Source: Dehalococcoidia bacterium | GTDB taxonomy: Bacteria; Chloroflexota; Dehalococcoidia; SM23-28-2; HRBIN24 | Reading direction: 5' to 3' | DNA length: 64,000 nt | Assembly: GCA_025062275.1 (NCBI GenBank) | Contig: JANXAP010000003.1 | Coordinates: forward strand, 10,950-74,949 | Part shown: positions 17,080 through 31,045 of the stretch, one piece after another | How positions within the stretch are numbered: the first letter of the stretch is position 1 | How the letters are laid out: each line of letters begins with the position of its first letter | Position numbers and translations under genes: made by a program | Notes under the pieces: model-generated | The model's database searches: none | The model's input: the letters and a program-made list of their open reading frames with translations, nothing else | What the model was told of the DNA's origin: nothing

Positions 17080-19164
17080 ATGGACAGGACGCCCATAGAA
17101 CGATTGCGCAACATCGGCATCATCGCCCATATCGATGCCGGCAAGACCACCGTGACGGAGCGGATCCTCTTCTTCACCGGCCGCTCCTACAAGATCGGCG
17201 AGGTGGACGAGGGGACGGCCACCATGGACTATCTGCCCCAGGAGCGGGAGCGGGGCATCACCATCACCGCCGCCGCCACCACCTGCGCCTGGCGCGACCA
17301 CACCATCAACATCGTCGACACCCCGGGCCACGTGGACTTCACGGTGGAGGTGGAGCGCAGCCTGCGGGTGCTGGACGGGGCGGTGGTGGTGTTCGAGGCC
17401 GTCCACGGCGTCCAGAGCCAGTCGGAGACGGTCTGGCGGCAGGCCGACCGCTACCGGGTGCCCCGCATCTGCTTCGTCAACAAGATGGACCGCATGGGGG
17501 CCGACTTCTGGCGCACGGTGGAGATGATCCGCGAGCGGCTGGGGGCGCGGCCGGTGGCCGTCCAGATCCCCATCGGGGCCGAGGACTCCTTCCGCGGGGT
17601 GGTGGACCTCATCGAGGAGGTGGCCTGGGTCTTCCCCGACGACCCGAGGGAGCAGCCCGAGCGCCAGCCCATCCCCTATGAGCTGCGGGAGGAGGCCCGC
17701 CGCCGACGCGAGCAGATGATCGAGGCTCTGGCCGAGGTGGACGACCAGGTGCTCATCAGCTACGTGGAAGGGCACCCCCTCACCCCGGCCGAGATCAAGA
17801 AGGCCATTCGCCGCGCCACCATCGCCTACCTCATCACGCCGGTCCTCTGCGGAGCGGCCCTGCGCAACAAGGGCGTGCAGCCCCTGCTGGACGCCATTGT
17901 GGACTACCTGCCTTCGCCCATCGACCTGCCGCCGGTGCGCGGCACCCACCCCGAGACGGGCGAGACCCTGGAGCGGGCGCCCAGAGAGGACGAGCCCTTC
18001 GCCGCCCTGGCCTTCAAGGTGGTGGCCGACCCCTTCGTGGGGAGGCTGGTCTACTTCCGCGTCTATTCGGGCCGCCTGAAGCAGGGTGCCCAGGTATACA
18101 ACTCCACCCGCCGTCAGCGGGAGCGGCTGGGGCGGCTGATGCGCATGCACGCCAACCGCCGCGAGGACATCGACGAGGTGTCGGCGGGGATGATCGCCGC
18201 CACCGTGGGCCTGAAGAACACCTTTACCGGCGACACCCTCTGCGACGAGCAGGCCCCCATCATCCTGGAGGCCATGAAGTTCCCCGAGCCGGTGGTGTCG
18301 GTGGCCATCGAGCCCCGCACCAAGGACGATCAGGACAAGCTGGCCACCACCCTGGCCCGCATGGCCGAGGAGGACCCCACCTTCCGCTACCGCTACGACC
18401 CCGAGACGGGCCAGACCATCATCTCCGGGATGGGCGAGCTGCACCTGGAGATCATCGTCGACCGCATGCGGCGGGAGTTCGGGGTGGAGGCCCACGTGGG
18501 CCGTCCCGAGGTGGCCTACAAGGAGACCATCACCCGCCCGTCCCGGGCCGAGGGGCGTTTCATCCGCCAGTCGGGCGGCCGCGGCCAGTACGGCGTGGTG
18601 GTCATCGAGGCAGAGCCCCTGCCCCGCGGGTCGGGCTTCGTCTTCGAGGACAAGACCACCGGCGGCGTCATTCCCAAGGAGTTCATCCCGGCGGTGGAGA
18701 AGGGCGTGCGCCAGGCCCTGGACACGGGCGCCCTGGCTGGCTACCCCGTCATCGACGTCAAGGTGACGCTGGTGGACGGCCAGTACCACCCGGTGGACTC
18801 GTCGACCTTCGCCTTCGAGATGGCCGGCGCCCTGGCCATGCAGGAGGCCCTGCGTCAGGGGGCGCCGGTGCTGCTGGAGCCTATCATGCGGGTGGAGATC
18901 GCCACCCCGGAGGAGTTCTTCGGCGACATCCTGGGGGACATAACCGCCCGCCGCGGCCACGTGGTGCAGGTGGACCAGCAAGGGCATCTGCGGCTCATCA
19001 CCGCCCTCATACCCCTGGCCGAGCTGTTCAACTACGCCACCGACCTGCGCTCCCTGTCCCAGGGTCGGGCCACCTACACCATGGAGTTCGACCATTACGA
19101 GCCGTTGCCCCAGTCCCTGGCCGATGCCATCGCCGGCCGGGTGCGGGGGGCTGTGCGGAGGTAG
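17080..19164 (+). CDS. fusA: Elongation factor G
   Basis: G-domain motifs [17 protein letters not shown] and NKMD. 694 aa. Confidence 0.97.
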   Translation: MDRTPIERLRNIGIIAHIDAGKTTVTERILFFTGRSYKIGEVDEGTATMDYLPQERERGITITAAATTCAWRDHTINIVDTPGHVDFTVEVERSLRVLDGAVVVFEAVHGVQSQSETVWRQADRYRVPRICFVNKMDRMGADFWRTVEMIRERLGARPVAVQIPIGAEDSFRGVVDLIEEVAWVFPDDPREQPERQPIPYELREEARRRREQMIEALAEVDDQVLISYVEGHPLTPAEIKKAIRRATIAYLITPVLCGAALRNKGVQPLLDAIVDYLPSPIDLPPVRGTHPETGETLERAPREDEPFAALAFKVVADPFVGRLVYFRVYSGRLKQGAQVYNSTRRQRERLGRLMRMHANRREDIDEVSAGMIAATVGLKNTFTGDTLCDEQAPIILEAMKFPEPVVSVAIEPRTKDDQDKLATTLARMAEEDPTFRYRYDPETGQTIISGMGELHLEIIVDRMRREFGVEAHVGRPEVAYKETITRPSRAEGRFIRQSGGRGQYGVVVIEAEPLPRGSGFVFEDKTTGGVIPKEFIPAVEKGVRQALDTGALAGYPVIDVKVTLVDGQYHPVDSSTFAFEMAGALAMQEALRQGAPVLLEPIMRVEIATPEEFFGDILGDITARRGHVVQVDQQGHLRLITALIPLAELFNYATDLRSLSQGRATYTMEFDHYEPLPQSLADAIAGRVRGAVRR

Positions 19165-19169
19165 CGGTC

Positions 19170-19478
19170 GTGGCCAGGCAGAAGATACGCATCCGCCTCA
19201 AGGCCTACGACCATCGCATCCTGGACCAGTCGGCCAGGATGATCGTGGAGGCGGCAGAGCGCAGCGGCGCTGCCGTGGCGGGGCCCATACCCCTGCCCAC
19301 CGAGATCAAGCGCTTCTGCGTCCTCCGTTCCCCCCACATCGATAAGGACTCGCGAGAGCACTTCGAGATCCGCACCCACAAGCGGCTCATCGACATCCTG
19401 GACCCCACCTCCAAGACGGTGGACGCCCTGATGCGGCTGCAGCTGCCATCGGGCGTCGACATCGAGATAAAGCTATGA
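19170..19478 (+). CDS. rpsJ: 30S ribosomal protein S10
   Basis: [19 protein letters not shown] matches S10. Confidence 0.95.
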   Translation: MARQKIRIRLKAYDHRILDQSARMIVEAAERSGAAVAGPIPLPTEIKRFCVLRSPHIDKDSREHFEIRTHKRLIDILDPTSKTVDALMRLQLPSGVDIEIKL

Positions 19479-20143
19479 GCATCGAAGGCACCCTGGGGCG
19501 CAAGCTGGGCATGACCCAGATCTTCGACCCGGACGGGACGGCGCGGCCCGTCACGGTGCTGGAGGTGCTGCCCTCCGTCGTCGTCCAGGTGAAGACCCGG
19601 GAGAAGGACGGCTACGACGCGGTGCAGTTGGGCTACGGTCAGCGCAAGCGCCTGAACAAGCCCCTGCAGGGCCACATGCGGGGCCTGGGCAACTTCCGCT
19701 ACCTGCGGGAGTTCCGGGTGGAAGACCCCTCCCAGTGGCAGGTGGGGCAGAAGGTGGGCTGCGAGCTGTTCCAGCCCGGCGACCTGGTGGACGTGACGGG
19801 CATCTCCAAGGGCCACGGCTTCGCCGGGGTGGTCAAGCGTCACGGCTTCGCCGGTGGCCCCAAGACCCACGGCCAGTCGGACCGCTGGCGAGCGCCCGGC
19901 TCCATCGGCGCCGGCACCGACCCGGGGCGAGTGATCCCCGGCCTGCGCATGGCCGGCCACATGGGCGCCCAGCAGGTAACCGTGCAGAACCTGCTGGTGG
20001 TCCACAGCGACCCGGCCCGCGGCATCCTGCTGGTGCAGGGAGCGGTGCCCGGGCACAAGGGCAGCCTGCTCAAGATCCGCTTCGCCCGCAAGGCCAGCGA
20101 CCTGAAGAAGAGGAGGGCCAAGGCCCGTGTTGCTGCCCGTTAG
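19475..20143 (+). CDS. rplC: 50S ribosomal protein L3
   Basis: L3 family similarity, S10-operon order. Confidence 0.95.
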   Translation: MSIEGTLGRKLGMTQIFDPDGTARPVTVLEVLPSVVVQVKTREKDGYDAVQLGYGQRKRLNKPLQGHMRGLGNFRYLREFRVEDPSQWQVGQKVGCELFQPGDLVDVTGISKGHGFAGVVKRHGFAGGPKTHGQSDRWRAPGSIGAGTDPGRVIPGLRMAGHMGAQQVTVQNLLVVHSDPARGILLVQGAVPGHKGSLLKIRFARKASDLKKRRAKARVAAR

Positions 20144-20780
20144 GAACGCCGAAGGTCAGGAAGTGGGCTCCATCGAGGTGGAGGACTACGTATTCGGCAT
20201 TCGCCCCAACAAGGCAGTCCTCCACCAGGCCTACGTTGCCCAGCGGGCCAACCAGCGCCGCGGCACCCACAGCACCAAGACCCGCGGCGAGGTGAAGGGC
20301 AGCACCCGCAAGACCCGTCCCCAGAAGTACACGGGTCGGGCACGGCAGGGATCCATCCGCGCCCCCCACCGCAGGGGCGGCGGCATCGTCTTCGGGCCCA
20401 AGCCCAGGGACTACTCCCAGCGGCTGCCCAAGAAGATGCGGCGGCTCGCCATCCGCTCCGCCCTGTCGGCCAAGGCGGCCGATGGCGAGCTCATCGTCCT
20501 CGACCGGCTGGAGCTGGAGCGGCCCAGCACCAAGGAGATGGCCCGCATCCTCCAGAACCTGGGCGTGGACCGCTCCGCCCTGGTTGTGACCGGGGAGCCG
20601 GACCGCACCGTGTTCCTCTCGGTGCGCAACCTGGAGCGCAAGAAGTGCCTGCCGGCCGCCTACCTGAACGTGGTGGACCTTCTCCATCATCGCTACCTGG
20701 TGATGACGGAGGCCGCTGTGCGCAAGGCCGAGGAGCTGTGGGGCGAGGCCCGCGACCGCGAGCGGGCCCTGCGGAGGTGA
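20127..20780 (+). CDS. rplD: 50S ribosomal protein L4
   Basis: L4 family similarity. GTG start overlaps the rplC 3' end, so the start is uncertain. Confidence 0.9.
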   Translation: MLLPVRNAEGQEVGSIEVEDYVFGIRPNKAVLHQAYVAQRANQRRGTHSTKTRGEVKGSTRKTRPQKYTGRARQGSIRAPHRRGGGIVFGPKPRDYSQRLPKKMRRLAIRSALSAKAADGELIVLDRLELERPSTKEMARILQNLGVDRSALVVTGEPDRTVFLSVRNLERKKCLPAAYLNVVDLLHHRYLVMTEAAVRKAEELWGEARDRERALRR

Positions 20781-20785
20781 TAGTC

Positions 20786-21085
20786 ATGGCCAAGGCCCTC
20801 CACCCCACCCAGGTCATCGTCCGCCCCCTCATCACCGAGAAAGCGGCGCGGCTGGCCGAGGAGAACAAGTACGTCTTCCAGGTCCACCCTGACGCCGACA
20901 AGACGCAGATCAAGGACGCGGTGCAGCGGGTCTTCGGCGTCAAGGTGGTCAAGGTCAACATCGTCAACCTGCAGCGCAAGTCGCGGCGGACCCGCGGCGG
21001 CCACATCCTCCACGGCCAGCGCTGGAAGAAGGCCATCGTCACCCTGGCCGAGGGGCACAAGATAGAGCTGTTCGAGGGCGTGTGA
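20786..21085 (+). CDS. rplW: 50S ribosomal protein L23
   Basis: [20 protein letters not shown] matches L23. The ATG sits inside the longer track ORF 20645..21085. Confidence 0.93.
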   Translation: MAKALHPTQVIVRPLITEKAARLAEENKYVFQVHPDADKTQIKDAVQRVFGVKVVKVNIVNLQRKSRRTRGGHILHGQRWKKAIVTLAEGHKIELFEGV

Positions 21086-21090
21086 TAGCT

Positions 21091-21921
21091 ATGGGGATCA
21101 AGGTCTACAAGCCCACCTCCCCCGGCCGGCGCAACGCCACCGGCTACTCCTTCGAGGAGATCACCAAGAAGGAGCCGGAGAAGTCGCTCCTGGCCCCCAA
21201 GAAGCGGACCGGGGGGCGCAACAACCAGGGCAAGATAACGGTGCGCCACCGCGGCGGCGGGGCCAAGCGCCGCCTGCGCATCATCGACTTCAAGCGCGAC
21301 AAGTGGGGCGTGCCGGGCAAGGTGGTGGCCATCGAGTACGACCCCAACCGCACCGCCCGCATCGCCCTGATCCAGTACGCCGACGGTGAAAAGCGCTACA
21401 TCCTCTGCCCCCTGGGCCTGCAGGTGGGCGATACCGTGATGGCCGGGCCGGGGGCCGAGATCCGTCCCGGCAACGCCCTCCCCTTGCGGGAGATACCCGT
21501 GGGCACCCTCGTGCACAACGTGGAGCTGCACAAGGGCAAGGGCGGGCAGATGGTGCGATCGGCCGGGGCGGCGGCCCAGATCCTGGCCCGCGAGGAGCGC
21601 TACGTCCTGCTGCGCCTCCCCTCGGGCGAGGTGCGCCGAGTGCTGGGCGACTGCATGGCCACCGTGGGCCAGGTGGGCAACGTGGAGCACGACCAGATCG
21701 TGCTGGGCAAGGCGGGCCGCAGGCGGCACCTGGGCTGGCGGCCTGCGGTGCGCGGTTCGGCCATGACGCCCAGGGACCACCCCCACGGCGGCGGCGAGGG
21801 ACGGGCACCCATCGGCCTGCCCCACCCCAAGACCCCGTGGGGCAAGCCGGCCCTGGGGGTGAGGACGCGGCGGCGCAAGGACACCGACAAGTACATCGTG
21901 CGTCGTCGCTACCAGAGCTAG
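21091..21921 (+). CDS. rplB: 50S ribosomal protein L2
   Basis: [14 protein letters not shown]...[15 protein letters not shown] matches L2. Confidence 0.95.
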   Translation: MGIKVYKPTSPGRRNATGYSFEEITKKEPEKSLLAPKKRTGGRNNQGKITVRHRGGGAKRRLRIIDFKRDKWGVPGKVVAIEYDPNRTARIALIQYADGEKRYILCPLGLQVGDTVMAGPGAEIRPGNALPLREIPVGTLVHNVELHKGKGGQMVRSAGAAAQILAREERYVLLRLPSGEVRRVLGDCMATVGQVGNVEHDQIVLGKAGRRRHLGWRPAVRGSAMTPRDHPHGGGEGRAPIGLPHPKTPWGKPALGVRTRRRKDTDKYIVRRRYQS

Positions 21922-21934
21922 GAGGTGCTGGGGC

Positions 21935-22225
21935 GTGTCCCGCTCGCGCAAGAAGGGCCCATACGTAGACCCCAAGCTCATGAAGAAGGTGCTGCGGGCG
22001 CGGCAGACGGGCCAGCGCCAGGTCATACGCACCTGGTCGCGGCGCTCCACCATCGTGCCCGAGATGGTCGGCCTGACCATCGCCGTGCACGACGGGCGGC
22101 GGCACGTGCCCATCTTCATCACCGAGAACATGGTGGGCCACAAGCTGGGGGAGTTCGCTCCCACCCGCACCTTCCGGGGCCACAGCGGCAAGACGGCCCA
22201 GGTGGCCCGCATGAAGAAGAGGTAG
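21935..22225 (+). CDS. rpsS: 30S ribosomal protein S19
   Basis: [18 protein letters not shown] matches S19. GTG start. Confidence 0.95.
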   Translation: MSRSRKKGPYVDPKLMKKVLRARQTGQRQVIRTWSRRSTIVPEMVGLTIAVHDGRRHVPIFITENMVGHKLGEFAPTRTFRGHSGKTAQVARMKKR

Positions 22226-22235
22226 GGCGAAGGCC

Positions 22236-22568
22236 ATGGAGGTCCGGAGCTTCGTGCGCAACGCCCCCGTATCGGCCAAGAAGGTTAACCTCATCCTGGA
22301 CCAGATACGGGGCAAGAGGGTGGACGAGGCCCTGACCATCCTGCGCTTTATGACCTCGCCCAAGGCCCGCATCGTGGCCAAGGCGGTGCGCTCGGCGGCG
22401 GCCAACGCCGAGAACAACTACAACCTGGACCCCCGCCGGTTGCGCATCGTCGCCTGCTGGGCCGGAGAGGGGATCCGCCTCAAGCGCCTCAACCCCCGCG
22501 CCCGCGGCCGGGCCGACATCATCCAGAAGAGGCGGGCCAACATCACCATCGTGGTGGACGAGGTGTGA
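22236..22568 (+). CDS. rplV: 50S ribosomal protein L22
   Basis: L22 family similarity, operon order. Confidence 0.93.
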   Translation: MEVRSFVRNAPVSAKKVNLILDQIRGKRVDEALTILRFMTSPKARIVAKAVRSAAANAENNYNLDPRRLRIVACWAGEGIRLKRLNPRARGRADIIQKRRANITIVVDEV

Positions 22569-22571
22569 GCT

Positions 22572-23250
22572 ATGGGGCATAAGGTGCACCCCACCGGCCT
22601 GCGCATCGGCATCATATACGACTGGCAGAGCAAGTGGTTCTCGGACAAGGACCCCCTTTACCGGGAGCTGCTGCACGAGGACCTGACCATTCGCCGCAGC
22701 ATCCTGGACATGCTGCGGGACGCCGCCATCTCGCGGGTGGAGATAGAGCGCAACGCCAACCAGGTGACGGTGACCATCCACACCGCCCGGCCGGGCATCG
22801 TCATCGGCCGGGGCGGCCAGCGGGTGGAGGAGATCCGCAACCGCCTGGAGGAGCTGACGGGCAAGCGGGTAAGGGTGAACATCACCGAGGTGCCGGCGCC
22901 GGAGCTGGACGCCCGCCTGGTGGCCCAGACGGTGGCGCGGCAGATCGAGCAGCGCATCTCCCACCGGCGGGCCATCAAGCAGGCGGCAGCCAGGGCCATG
23001 CAGCGGGGCGCCCTGGGCGTCAAGATCAGGGTGGCCGGCCGCCTGGGCGGCGCCGACATGAGCCGCAAGGCGGTGGAGCTGGTGGGGCGGGTGCCCCTCC
23101 ACACCCTGCGGGCCGACATCGACTATGGCTTCGCCGAGGCCCGCACCCAGCTGGGCGTCATCGGCGTCAAGGTCTGGATATACAAGGGCGACGTCCTCCC
23201 CGAGCGGGAGCGGGCCGAGGCCGCCGAGGCGGCAGCGGAGGTGAGCGAAG

Positions 23251-23273
<23 letters not shown>
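22572..23273 (+). CDS. rpsC: 30S ribosomal protein S3
   Basis: [14 protein letters not shown] plus KH domain. Confidence 0.95.
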
Positions 23274-23664
<391 letters not shown>

Positions 23665-23667
23665 GAG

Positions 23668-23886
23668 ATGGGCCGCTACGTCAAGACCATGGACGAGATC
23701 CGCCGCCTGTCGGACAAGGAGCTGGCGGAGGAGATCGAGGAGACCTATCGCCGCCTCTTTCAGTTGCGGCTGCAGCAACAGACGCGCCAGCTCCAGGACA
23801 CCAGCCAGCTCCAGAAGCTGCGGCGGCACCTGGCCCGACTGAAGACGGAGCAGCGGGCACGGGAGCTGGCCCGCATCAACCGGTAG
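23668..23886 (+). CDS. rpmC: 50S ribosomal protein L29
   Basis: 72-aa L29-like protein, operon order. Confidence 0.9.
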   Translation: MGRYVKTMDEIRRLSDKELAEEIEETYRRLFQLRLQQQTRQLQDTSQLQKLRRHLARLKTEQRARELARINR

Positions 23887-23903
23887 GGGAGGCACACCTG
23901 GTC

Positions 23904-24272
23904 ATGGCCGGCGAAGAGCTGAAGTTCGGGCGGCGCAGGGTGCTGGAGGGGGTCGTGGTCAGCGACCGCATGCAGAAGACTGTGACGGTGGCCGTGGAGC
24001 GGCTCACCCGTCACCCCCTCTACAAGAAGACCATCCGCCGCACCAAGAAGTACCACGCCCACGACGAGAACAACGAATGCCGCGTGGGCGACCGGGTGCT
24101 CATCGTCGAGAGCCGGCCCCTCTCCCGCACCAAGCGCTGGCGGGTGGTCCGCATCCTGCAGCGGGCCGAACAGGTGGAGGTCAAGGCCGAAGAGGTGGAC
24201 CTGGAGACCCTGGGCGAGCGCCGCCGACAGGAGGAGACGCCTGAGGCCGCTGGGGAGGCGCAACAGCCATGA
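23904..24272 (+). CDS. rpsQ: 30S ribosomal protein S17 (with a short acidic C-terminal tail)
   Basis: [45 protein letters not shown] matches S17. In the track it is embedded in the long spurious ORF 23343..24272. Confidence 0.92.
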   Translation: MAGEELKFGRRRVLEGVVVSDRMQKTVTVAVERLTRHPLYKKTIRRTKKYHAHDENNECRVGDRVLIVESRPLSRTKRWRVVRILQRAEQVEVKAEEVDLETLGERRRQEETPEAAGEAQQP

Positions 24273-24640
24273 TCCAGAACTACACTCGCCTCAAGGTGGC
24301 CGACAACTCGGGGGCGCGGGAGATCATGTGCTTCCGCGTGCTCGGGGGTTCCAACCGGAAGTACGCCGGCCTGGGAGACGTCATCGTCGCTTCGGTGAAG
24401 GATGCCATACCCCACGCGCCCGTCAAGAAAGGGGACGTGGTGCGGGCGGTGGTGGTGCGGGTGGCCAAGACCACCCGCCGCCGCGACGGCACGTACATCC
24501 GCTTCGACGACAACGCCGCCGTCATCCTGGCCCCCGACGGCCAGAACCCCCGCGGCACCCGCGTCTTCGGCCCGGTAGCCCGCGAGCTGCGGGAGAAGGG
24601 CTTCATGAAGATCATCTCCCTGGCGCCGGAGGTGGTCTGA
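24269..24640 (+). CDS. rplN: 50S ribosomal protein L14
   Basis: [21 protein letters not shown] matches L14. Confidence 0.95.
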   Translation: MIQNYTRLKVADNSGAREIMCFRVLGGSNRKYAGLGDVIVASVKDAIPHAPVKKGDVVRAVVVRVAKTTRRRDGTYIRFDDNAAVILAPDGQNPRGTRVFGPVARELREKGFMKIISLAPEVV

Positions 24641-24641
24641 G

Positions 24642-24956
24642 GTGGCCCAGAAGATCAAGCGCCAGGACACAGTGCTGGTGGTGCGGGGCCGCGACCGCGG
24701 CAAGGTGGGCACCGTTCGCCAGGTCATCCCCCGCGAGCAACGCATCGTCGTTGAGGGAGTGAACGTCGTCAAGCGCCACCTGCGGGCCATGCCCAACCGG
24801 CCGGGCGGCATCGTCCAGAGGGAGTCGCCCATCCACTGGTCCAAGGTCAAGCTGGTCTGTCCGGCCTGCGGCAAGGCCACCAGGGTGGGCTTTCGCCGCC
24901 TGGATGACGGGCGCAAGGTGCGATACTGTAAAAAGTGCGACGCCAACATCGACTGA
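24642..24956 (+). CDS. rplX: 50S ribosomal protein L24
   Basis: [25 protein letters not shown] motif. GTG start. Confidence 0.93.
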   Translation: MAQKIKRQDTVLVVRGRDRGKVGTVRQVIPREQRIVVEGVNVVKRHLRAMPNRPGGIVQRESPIHWSKVKLVCPACGKATRVGFRRLDDGRKVRYCKKCDANID

Positions 24957-24960
24957 GGCC

Positions 24961-25524
24961 ATGCAGGGCAGCAACGGCTACATACCCAGGCTCAAGCAGC
25001 GCTACCGAGAGGAAGTGGTGCCGGCCCTGATGCGGGAGTTCGGCTACCGCAACGTCATGCAGGTGCCCCGCATCGAGAAGGTCTGCCTCAACATCGGCCT
25101 GGGGGAGGCAGTCCAGAACCCCAAGGCGGTGGAGGCAGCCAGCAACGACCTGGCCCTCATCAGCGGCCAGCGCCCGGTGGTGACCCGAGCGCGCAAGTCC
25201 ATCGCCAACTTCAAGGTGCGCAAGGGGATGCCCATCGGGCTGATGGTGACGCTGCGGGGCGACCGCATGTGGGAGTTCCTGGACAGGCTCATGAACGCTG
25301 CCCTGCCCCGCATCCGCGACTTCCAGGGAGTGCCGCCCGACTCCTTCGACGGCCGCGGCAACTACTCCCTGGGCATCCGCGAGCAGGTCATCTTCCCCGA
25401 GATCGACTACGACAAGATAGACCGGGTGCGCGGGCTTCAGGTGAACATCATCACCACTGCGCGCACCGACGAAGAGGGCAAGCGACTGCTGGAGCTGCTG
25501 GGCATGCCCTTCGCCAGGAGGTAG
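24961..25524 (+). CDS. rplE: 50S ribosomal protein L5
   Basis: L5 similarity ([32 protein letters not shown]). Confidence 0.95.
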   Translation: MQGSNGYIPRLKQRYREEVVPALMREFGYRNVMQVPRIEKVCLNIGLGEAVQNPKAVEAASNDLALISGQRPVVTRARKSIANFKVRKGMPIGLMVTLRGDRMWEFLDRLMNAALPRIRDFQGVPPDSFDGRGNYSLGIREQVIFPEIDYDKIDRVRGLQVNIITTARTDEEGKRLLELLGMPFARR

Positions 25525-25529
25525 GGAGG

Positions 25530-25718
25530 TTGACCAGGAAGGCGCTCTACGTCAAGACCTTCATGAAGACGCCCAAGTTCCGGGTGCGCCACCGCAACCG
25601 TTGTCGGCTGTGCGGGCGGCCCAGGGCCTATTTGCGCCAGTTCGCCCTGTGCCGCATCTGCTTCCGCCGCCTGGCCCACGAGGGGCAGCTGCCCGGCGTG
25701 CAGAAGGCGAGCTGGTGA
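25530..25718 (+). CDS. rpsZ: 30S ribosomal protein S14 type Z (zinc-binding, 61 aa)
   Basis: Cys4 motif CRLCGRP...CRIC. TTG start after GGAGG. Stop overlaps the rpsH ATG. Confidence 0.88.
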   Translation: MTRKALYVKTFMKTPKFRVRHRNRCRLCGRPRAYLRQFALCRICFRRLAHEGQLPGVQKASW

Positions 25719-26122
25719 TGCTGGCCATGATGACGGACCCCATCGCCGACATGCTGACGCGCATCCGCAACGCCATCATGGCGCGGCACGACTACACCGA
25801 TGTGCCCGCCTCGCGGCTGAAGCTGGACATCGCGCGGGTGCTGAAGCGCGAGGGTTTCATCAAGGGCTACGAGGTCCGGGGCGAGGGGCCAAAGAAGACG
25901 CTGCGTATCTACCTGGCCTACACGGAGAAGGGGGAGCCCCTCATCTCGGGACTGCAGCGAGTCAGCAAGCCCGGCCTGCGCATCTACGTGCGGCGCAAGG
26001 AGATACCCCGCGTCTACGGCGGCCTGGGCATCGCCATCCTCTCCACCCCCCAGGGGGTCATGACCGGCCAGGAGGCCTGGCGCCGCAACCTGGGGGGCGA
26101 AGTGCTGTGCTACGTCTGGTGA
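25718..26122 (+). CDS. rpsH: 30S ribosomal protein S8
   Basis: [15 protein letters not shown] matches S8. Start chosen at internal ATG 25718 (M40) of track ORF 25601..26122; the following MLAMM has further in-frame Met codons (25727, 25730), so the start is approximate. Confidence 0.93.
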   Translation: MLAMMTDPIADMLTRIRNAIMARHDYTDVPASRLKLDIARVLKREGFIKGYEVRGEGPKKTLRIYLAYTEKGEPLISGLQRVSKPGLRIYVRRKEIPRVYGGLGIAILSTPQGVMTGQEAWRRNLGGEVLCYVW

Positions 26123-26136
26123 GGGGGCTGAAGGGC

Positions 26137-26685
26137 ATGTCGCGCGTCGGACGCAAGCCCGTGCCGATACCCCAGGGGGTCCAGGTCTCCCTGGACGGGG
26201 GGCGCATCACCGTCCGCGGCCCCCGCGGCGAGCTGTCATGGGAGTACCCGCGGGACATGCAGGTGGCGGTGGAGGACGGGCACATCGTCGTCAGGAGGCC
26301 CTCGGACCTGCCGCGCCACCGCGCCCTCCATGGCCTCACCCGCGCCCTCATCGCCAACATGGTGACGGGGGTAAGCGAGGGGTTCGAGAAGCGCCTGGAG
26401 CTGGTGGGCGTGGGATACCGCGCCCAGATGCAGGGCAACAAGCTGGTGCTGACGGTGGGCTACTCCCACCCCGTGGAGGTGGAGCCGCCTCCCGGCGTGG
26501 AGATCCAGGTGGAGGGCACCACCCAGGTGGTGGTGCGCGGCAGCGACAAGCAGTTGGTGGGGCAGGTGGCAGCCAACATCCGTGCCATCCGTCCGCCCGA
26601 GCCCTACAAGGGCAAGGGCATCCGCTACGTGGGTGAGGCCATCCGCCGGAAGGCGGGCAAGGGCGCCAAGGGAGGCAAGCGCTAG
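26137..26685 (+). CDS. rplF: 50S ribosomal protein L6
   Basis: [15 protein letters not shown] matches L6. Confidence 0.95.
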   Translation: MSRVGRKPVPIPQGVQVSLDGGRITVRGPRGELSWEYPRDMQVAVEDGHIVVRRPSDLPRHRALHGLTRALIANMVTGVSEGFEKRLELVGVGYRAQMQGNKLVLTVGYSHPVEVEPPPGVEIQVEGTTQVVVRGSDKQLVGQVAANIRAIRPPEPYKGKGIRYVGEAIRRKAGKGAKGGKR

Positions 26686-26688
26686 GCC

Positions 26689-27057
26689 ATGGTCAAGGTC
26701 AAAACGCCCCGCCAGGCACGCATCCGCCGCCACCTGCGGGTGCGCAAGAAGGTCTTCGGCACGCCGGAGCGGCCGCGACTGGCGGTGTTCCGCAGCCTGA
26801 AGCACATCTACGCCCAGGTCATCGACGACACGCGAGGCCACACCCTGGCCGCAGCCTCGGACCTGGAGCCGGAGCTGCGGGCGCTGCGCCAGGGCAAGTC
26901 CAAGGCGGAGATGGCTGCCCTAGTGGGGGAACTGGTGGCCCGCCGTGCCCTGGACAGGGGCATCACCAAGGTGGTGTTCGACCGCGGCGGCTTCAAATAT
27001 CATGGACGGGTGAAGGCCCTGGCCGAGGCAGCGCGGCAGGCCGGCCTCCAGTTCTAG
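26689..27057 (+). CDS. rplR: 50S ribosomal protein L18
   Basis: L18 similarity, operon order. Confidence 0.93.
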   Translation: MVKVKTPRQARIRRHLRVRKKVFGTPERPRLAVFRSLKHIYAQVIDDTRGHTLAAASDLEPELRALRQGKSKAEMAALVGELVARRALDRGITKVVFDRGGFKYHGRVKALAEAARQAGLQF

Positions 27058-27069
27058 GCAGGTGACGTC

Positions 27070-27603
27070 ATGGGTATCCCGCTGAAGTACATCGCCGACC
27101 GCGACAGGGTGGTAAAGGACTCCTCGGGCCTGCCCCTGCAGGAGAGGACGGTCTACATCAACCGGGTGGCCAAGATGATGGCCGGAGGGCGTCGCTTCCA
27201 CTTCACCGCCCTGGTGGTGGTGGGCGACGGCCAGGGGCACGTGGGGGCGGCCCTAGGGAAGGCCACCGAGGTGCCCGAGGCCATTCGCAAGGCCTCCAAC
27301 AAGGCGCGCCAGTTCCTCATACGGGTGCCACTGGTCAACGGCACCATCCCCCACCCGTTGGTGGTCAAGTATGGCGCCTCGCGGGTGATCATCAAGCCCG
27401 CGCCGCCGGGCACCGGCCTCATCGCCGGCGGTGCCATGCGGCCCGTGCTGGAGCTGGCCGGCGTCAAGGACGCCGTCTGCAAGGCGCTGGGCAGCACCAA
27501 CCCCGTCAACCTGGTGAAGGCCACCATTTACGCCCTGTCCCAGATCAAAGAGCCCGAGGTGGTGCGGGCCCTGCGCGCCCGCGTGGCGGCGGAGGAGGTG
27601 TAG
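27070..27603 (+). CDS. rpsE: 30S ribosomal protein S5
   Basis: S5 dsRBD-like domain, operon order. Confidence 0.95.
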   Translation: MGIPLKYIADRDRVVKDSSGLPLQERTVYINRVAKMMAGGRRFHFTALVVVGDGQGHVGAALGKATEVPEAIRKASNKARQFLIRVPLVNGTIPHPLVVKYGASRVIIKPAPPGTGLIAGGAMRPVLELAGVKDAVCKALGSTNPVNLVKATIYALSQIKEPEVVRALRARVAAEEV

Positions 27604-27608
27604 CTCCG

Positions 27609-27794
27609 GTGCCCCGTCTGCGCATCACCTGGCGCAAGAGCGCCATCGGCTACCGCCGCGACCAGAAGGAGACCATTCGCGCCCTGGGCCTGAAGCGCCT
27701 GGGGCACACGGTGGTGCACGAGGACACCCCCTCCATCCGGGGAATGATTTTCAAGGTCCGCCACCTGCTGACCGTGGAGGAGGTAAGGGACTGA
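27609..27794 (+). CDS. rpmD: 50S ribosomal protein L30
   Basis: 61-aa L30-like protein between rpsE and rplO. Confidence 0.9.
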   Translation: MPRLRITWRKSAIGYRRDQKETIRALGLKRLGHTVVHEDTPSIRGMIFKVRHLLTVEEVRD

Positions 27795-28247
27795 TGCTGG
27801 CCCACGAACTGAGGCCGCCACGGGGGGCCAAGCACCGGCGCAAGCGCGTCGGCCGGGGCGACAGCAGCGGCCACGGCAGCTATTCGGGCCGCGGCATCAA
27901 GGGCCAGAAGGCCCGCGCTGGCAAGCCCGTGCCCCCCTGGTTCGAGGGCGGCCAGACGCGGCTGGTGAAGGGGCTGCCCAAGATGCGCGGCTTCGTCAAC
28001 CCCTTCAGGGTCGAATACGAGGTGGTCAACGTCGGCCAGCTGAACCGCTTCCCCGCCGGTAGCGAGGTGACGCCGGAGCTGCTGCGCCAGCAGCGTCTGG
28101 TGCGGGACGAGAAGCGCCCCCTAAAGGTGCTGGGCAGCGGCGAGCTGAAGGTGGCCCTGACGGTGCGCGCCCACCGCTTCAGTCAGTCGGCGCGCGAGAA
28201 GATCGAAGCTGCGGGGGGTCGCGCCCTGCCCCTGGAGGCGTCCGAGG

Positions 28248-28264
<17 letters not shown>
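27794..28264 (+). CDS. rplO: 50S ribosomal protein L15
   Basis: Gly/Arg-rich L15 N-terminus RGRGIKGQKARAG. Confidence 0.93.
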
Positions 28265-29615
<1,351 letters not shown>

Positions 29616-29624
29616 GTAAGGGAC

Positions 29625-30281
29625 ATGTTCCTGGTGCTGTTGGGTCTGCCTGGGGCCGGCAAGGGCACCCAGGCTGCCTTTCTGGCCCAACACCTGGGGC
29701 TGGCCCACATCACCACCGGCGAGCTGTTCCGCGAGAACATCCGCCGCGGCACGGAGCTGGGGGAGAGGGCGCGGCCTTACGTGGAGTCGGGGCGACTGGT
29801 GCCCGACGAGATCACCATCGCTATGTTGTTGAAGCGGTTGGAGGAGCCCGACTGCCAGCGAGGATGCCTTCTGGACGGCTTTCCCCGCACCCTGGCCCAG
29901 GCGCGGGCGCTGGACGAGGCCCTCGCCCAGCGGGGGCAGGGCATCGATATGGCCATCTACCTGCGGGTCTCGGAGGAGGAGCTGGTGCGCCGCCTGTCGG
30001 GGCGATGGAACTGCCCCACTTGCGGCGCCGTTTACCACGAGACCAACGCTCCGCCCAGAGTGCCGGGCATCTGCGACCGCGATGGCTCGCGGCTCTACCA
30101 GCGCGAGGACGATCGCCCTGAGGTGGTGCGCACCCGACTGCAGGTGAACATGGCGCAGCTCAGGGAGCTGCTCGAGCACTACCGGGGCCAGGGCAAGCTG
30201 CAGGAGGTGGACGGGGAGCAGCCTGTGGAGGCCGTGAGGGAGCGTCTCCTCGCCCTGGTGACGGCTGCCCGGGAGAGGTGA
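29625..30281 (+). CDS. adk: Adenylate kinase (Zn-lid type)
   Basis: P-loop GLPGAGKGTQA and lid CxxC...CxxC. Confidence 0.95.
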   Translation: MFLVLLGLPGAGKGTQAAFLAQHLGLAHITTGELFRENIRRGTELGERARPYVESGRLVPDEITIAMLLKRLEEPDCQRGCLLDGFPRTLAQARALDEALAQRGQGIDMAIYLRVSEEELVRRLSGRWNCPTCGAVYHETNAPPRVPGICDRDGSRLYQREDDRPEVVRTRLQVNMAQLRELLEHYRGQGKLQEVDGEQPVEAVRERLLALVTAARER

Positions 30282-30290
30282 ACCGGGGAC

Positions 30291-31040
30291 GTGCCCATCG
30301 TCATCAAGTCCGACGAGGAGATCGCCATTATGCGGGAGGCGGGCCGCCACGTGGCCCAAGTCCTGCAGATGCTGGTGGAGCACGTGCGCCCGGGAGTGGT
30401 GGAGAGGGAGCTGGACGAGCTGGTGCGCCGGGAGTTCGCCCGTCGGGGCGTCATTCCCACCTTCCTGGGCTACCAGGGGTATCCGGCTACCGTGTGCATC
30501 TCGGTGAACGACGAGATCGTGCACGGCATCCCCGGCGACCGGGCCTTCCAGGAAGGGGACATCGTCAGCATCGACCTGGGCTGCACCTACCGGGGGTTCG
30601 TGGCCGACTGCGCCGTGACAGTGGGAGTGGGCCGCATCAGCCCGGAGGCGGAGCGCCTCATTCGCGTCACCGAGGAGGCCCTGTGGCGGGGGATAAGGGC
30701 AGCCCGGGCAGGGTCGCGTCTCGGGGCCATCGGCCACGCCATCCAGACCTACGTGGAGGCGGAGGGATTCTCGGTGGTGCGGGAGTACGTGGGGCACGGA
30801 GTGGGGCGGCAGATGCACGAGGACCCGCAGGTCCCCAACTACGGTCCCCCCGACTGGGGGCCGGTGCTGAGGAAGGGGATGGTGCTGGCCATCGAGCCCA
30901 TGGTCAACATGGGCACCTGGCGCACCAAGCGGGACCCCGACGGCTGGACCGTGCGCACCGCCGACGGCTCCCTCTCGGCCCATTTCGAGCACACCATCGC
31001 CATAACCGATGGGGACCCGGTAGTGCTAACGCTGCCCTGA
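30291..31040 (+). CDS. map: Methionine aminopeptidase type I
   Basis: MetAP metal ligands (D..D..H..E..E pattern) and overall similarity. GTG start. Confidence 0.93.
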   Translation: MPIVIKSDEEIAIMREAGRHVAQVLQMLVEHVRPGVVERELDELVRREFARRGVIPTFLGYQGYPATVCISVNDEIVHGIPGDRAFQEGDIVSIDLGCTYRGFVADCAVTVGVGRISPEAERLIRVTEEALWRGIRAARAGSRLGAIGHAIQTYVEAEGFSVVREYVGHGVGRQMHEDPQVPNYGPPDWGPVLRKGMVLAIEPMVNMGTWRTKRDPDGWTVRTADGSLSAHFEHTIAITDGDPVVLTLP

Positions 31041-31045
31041 AGGCG

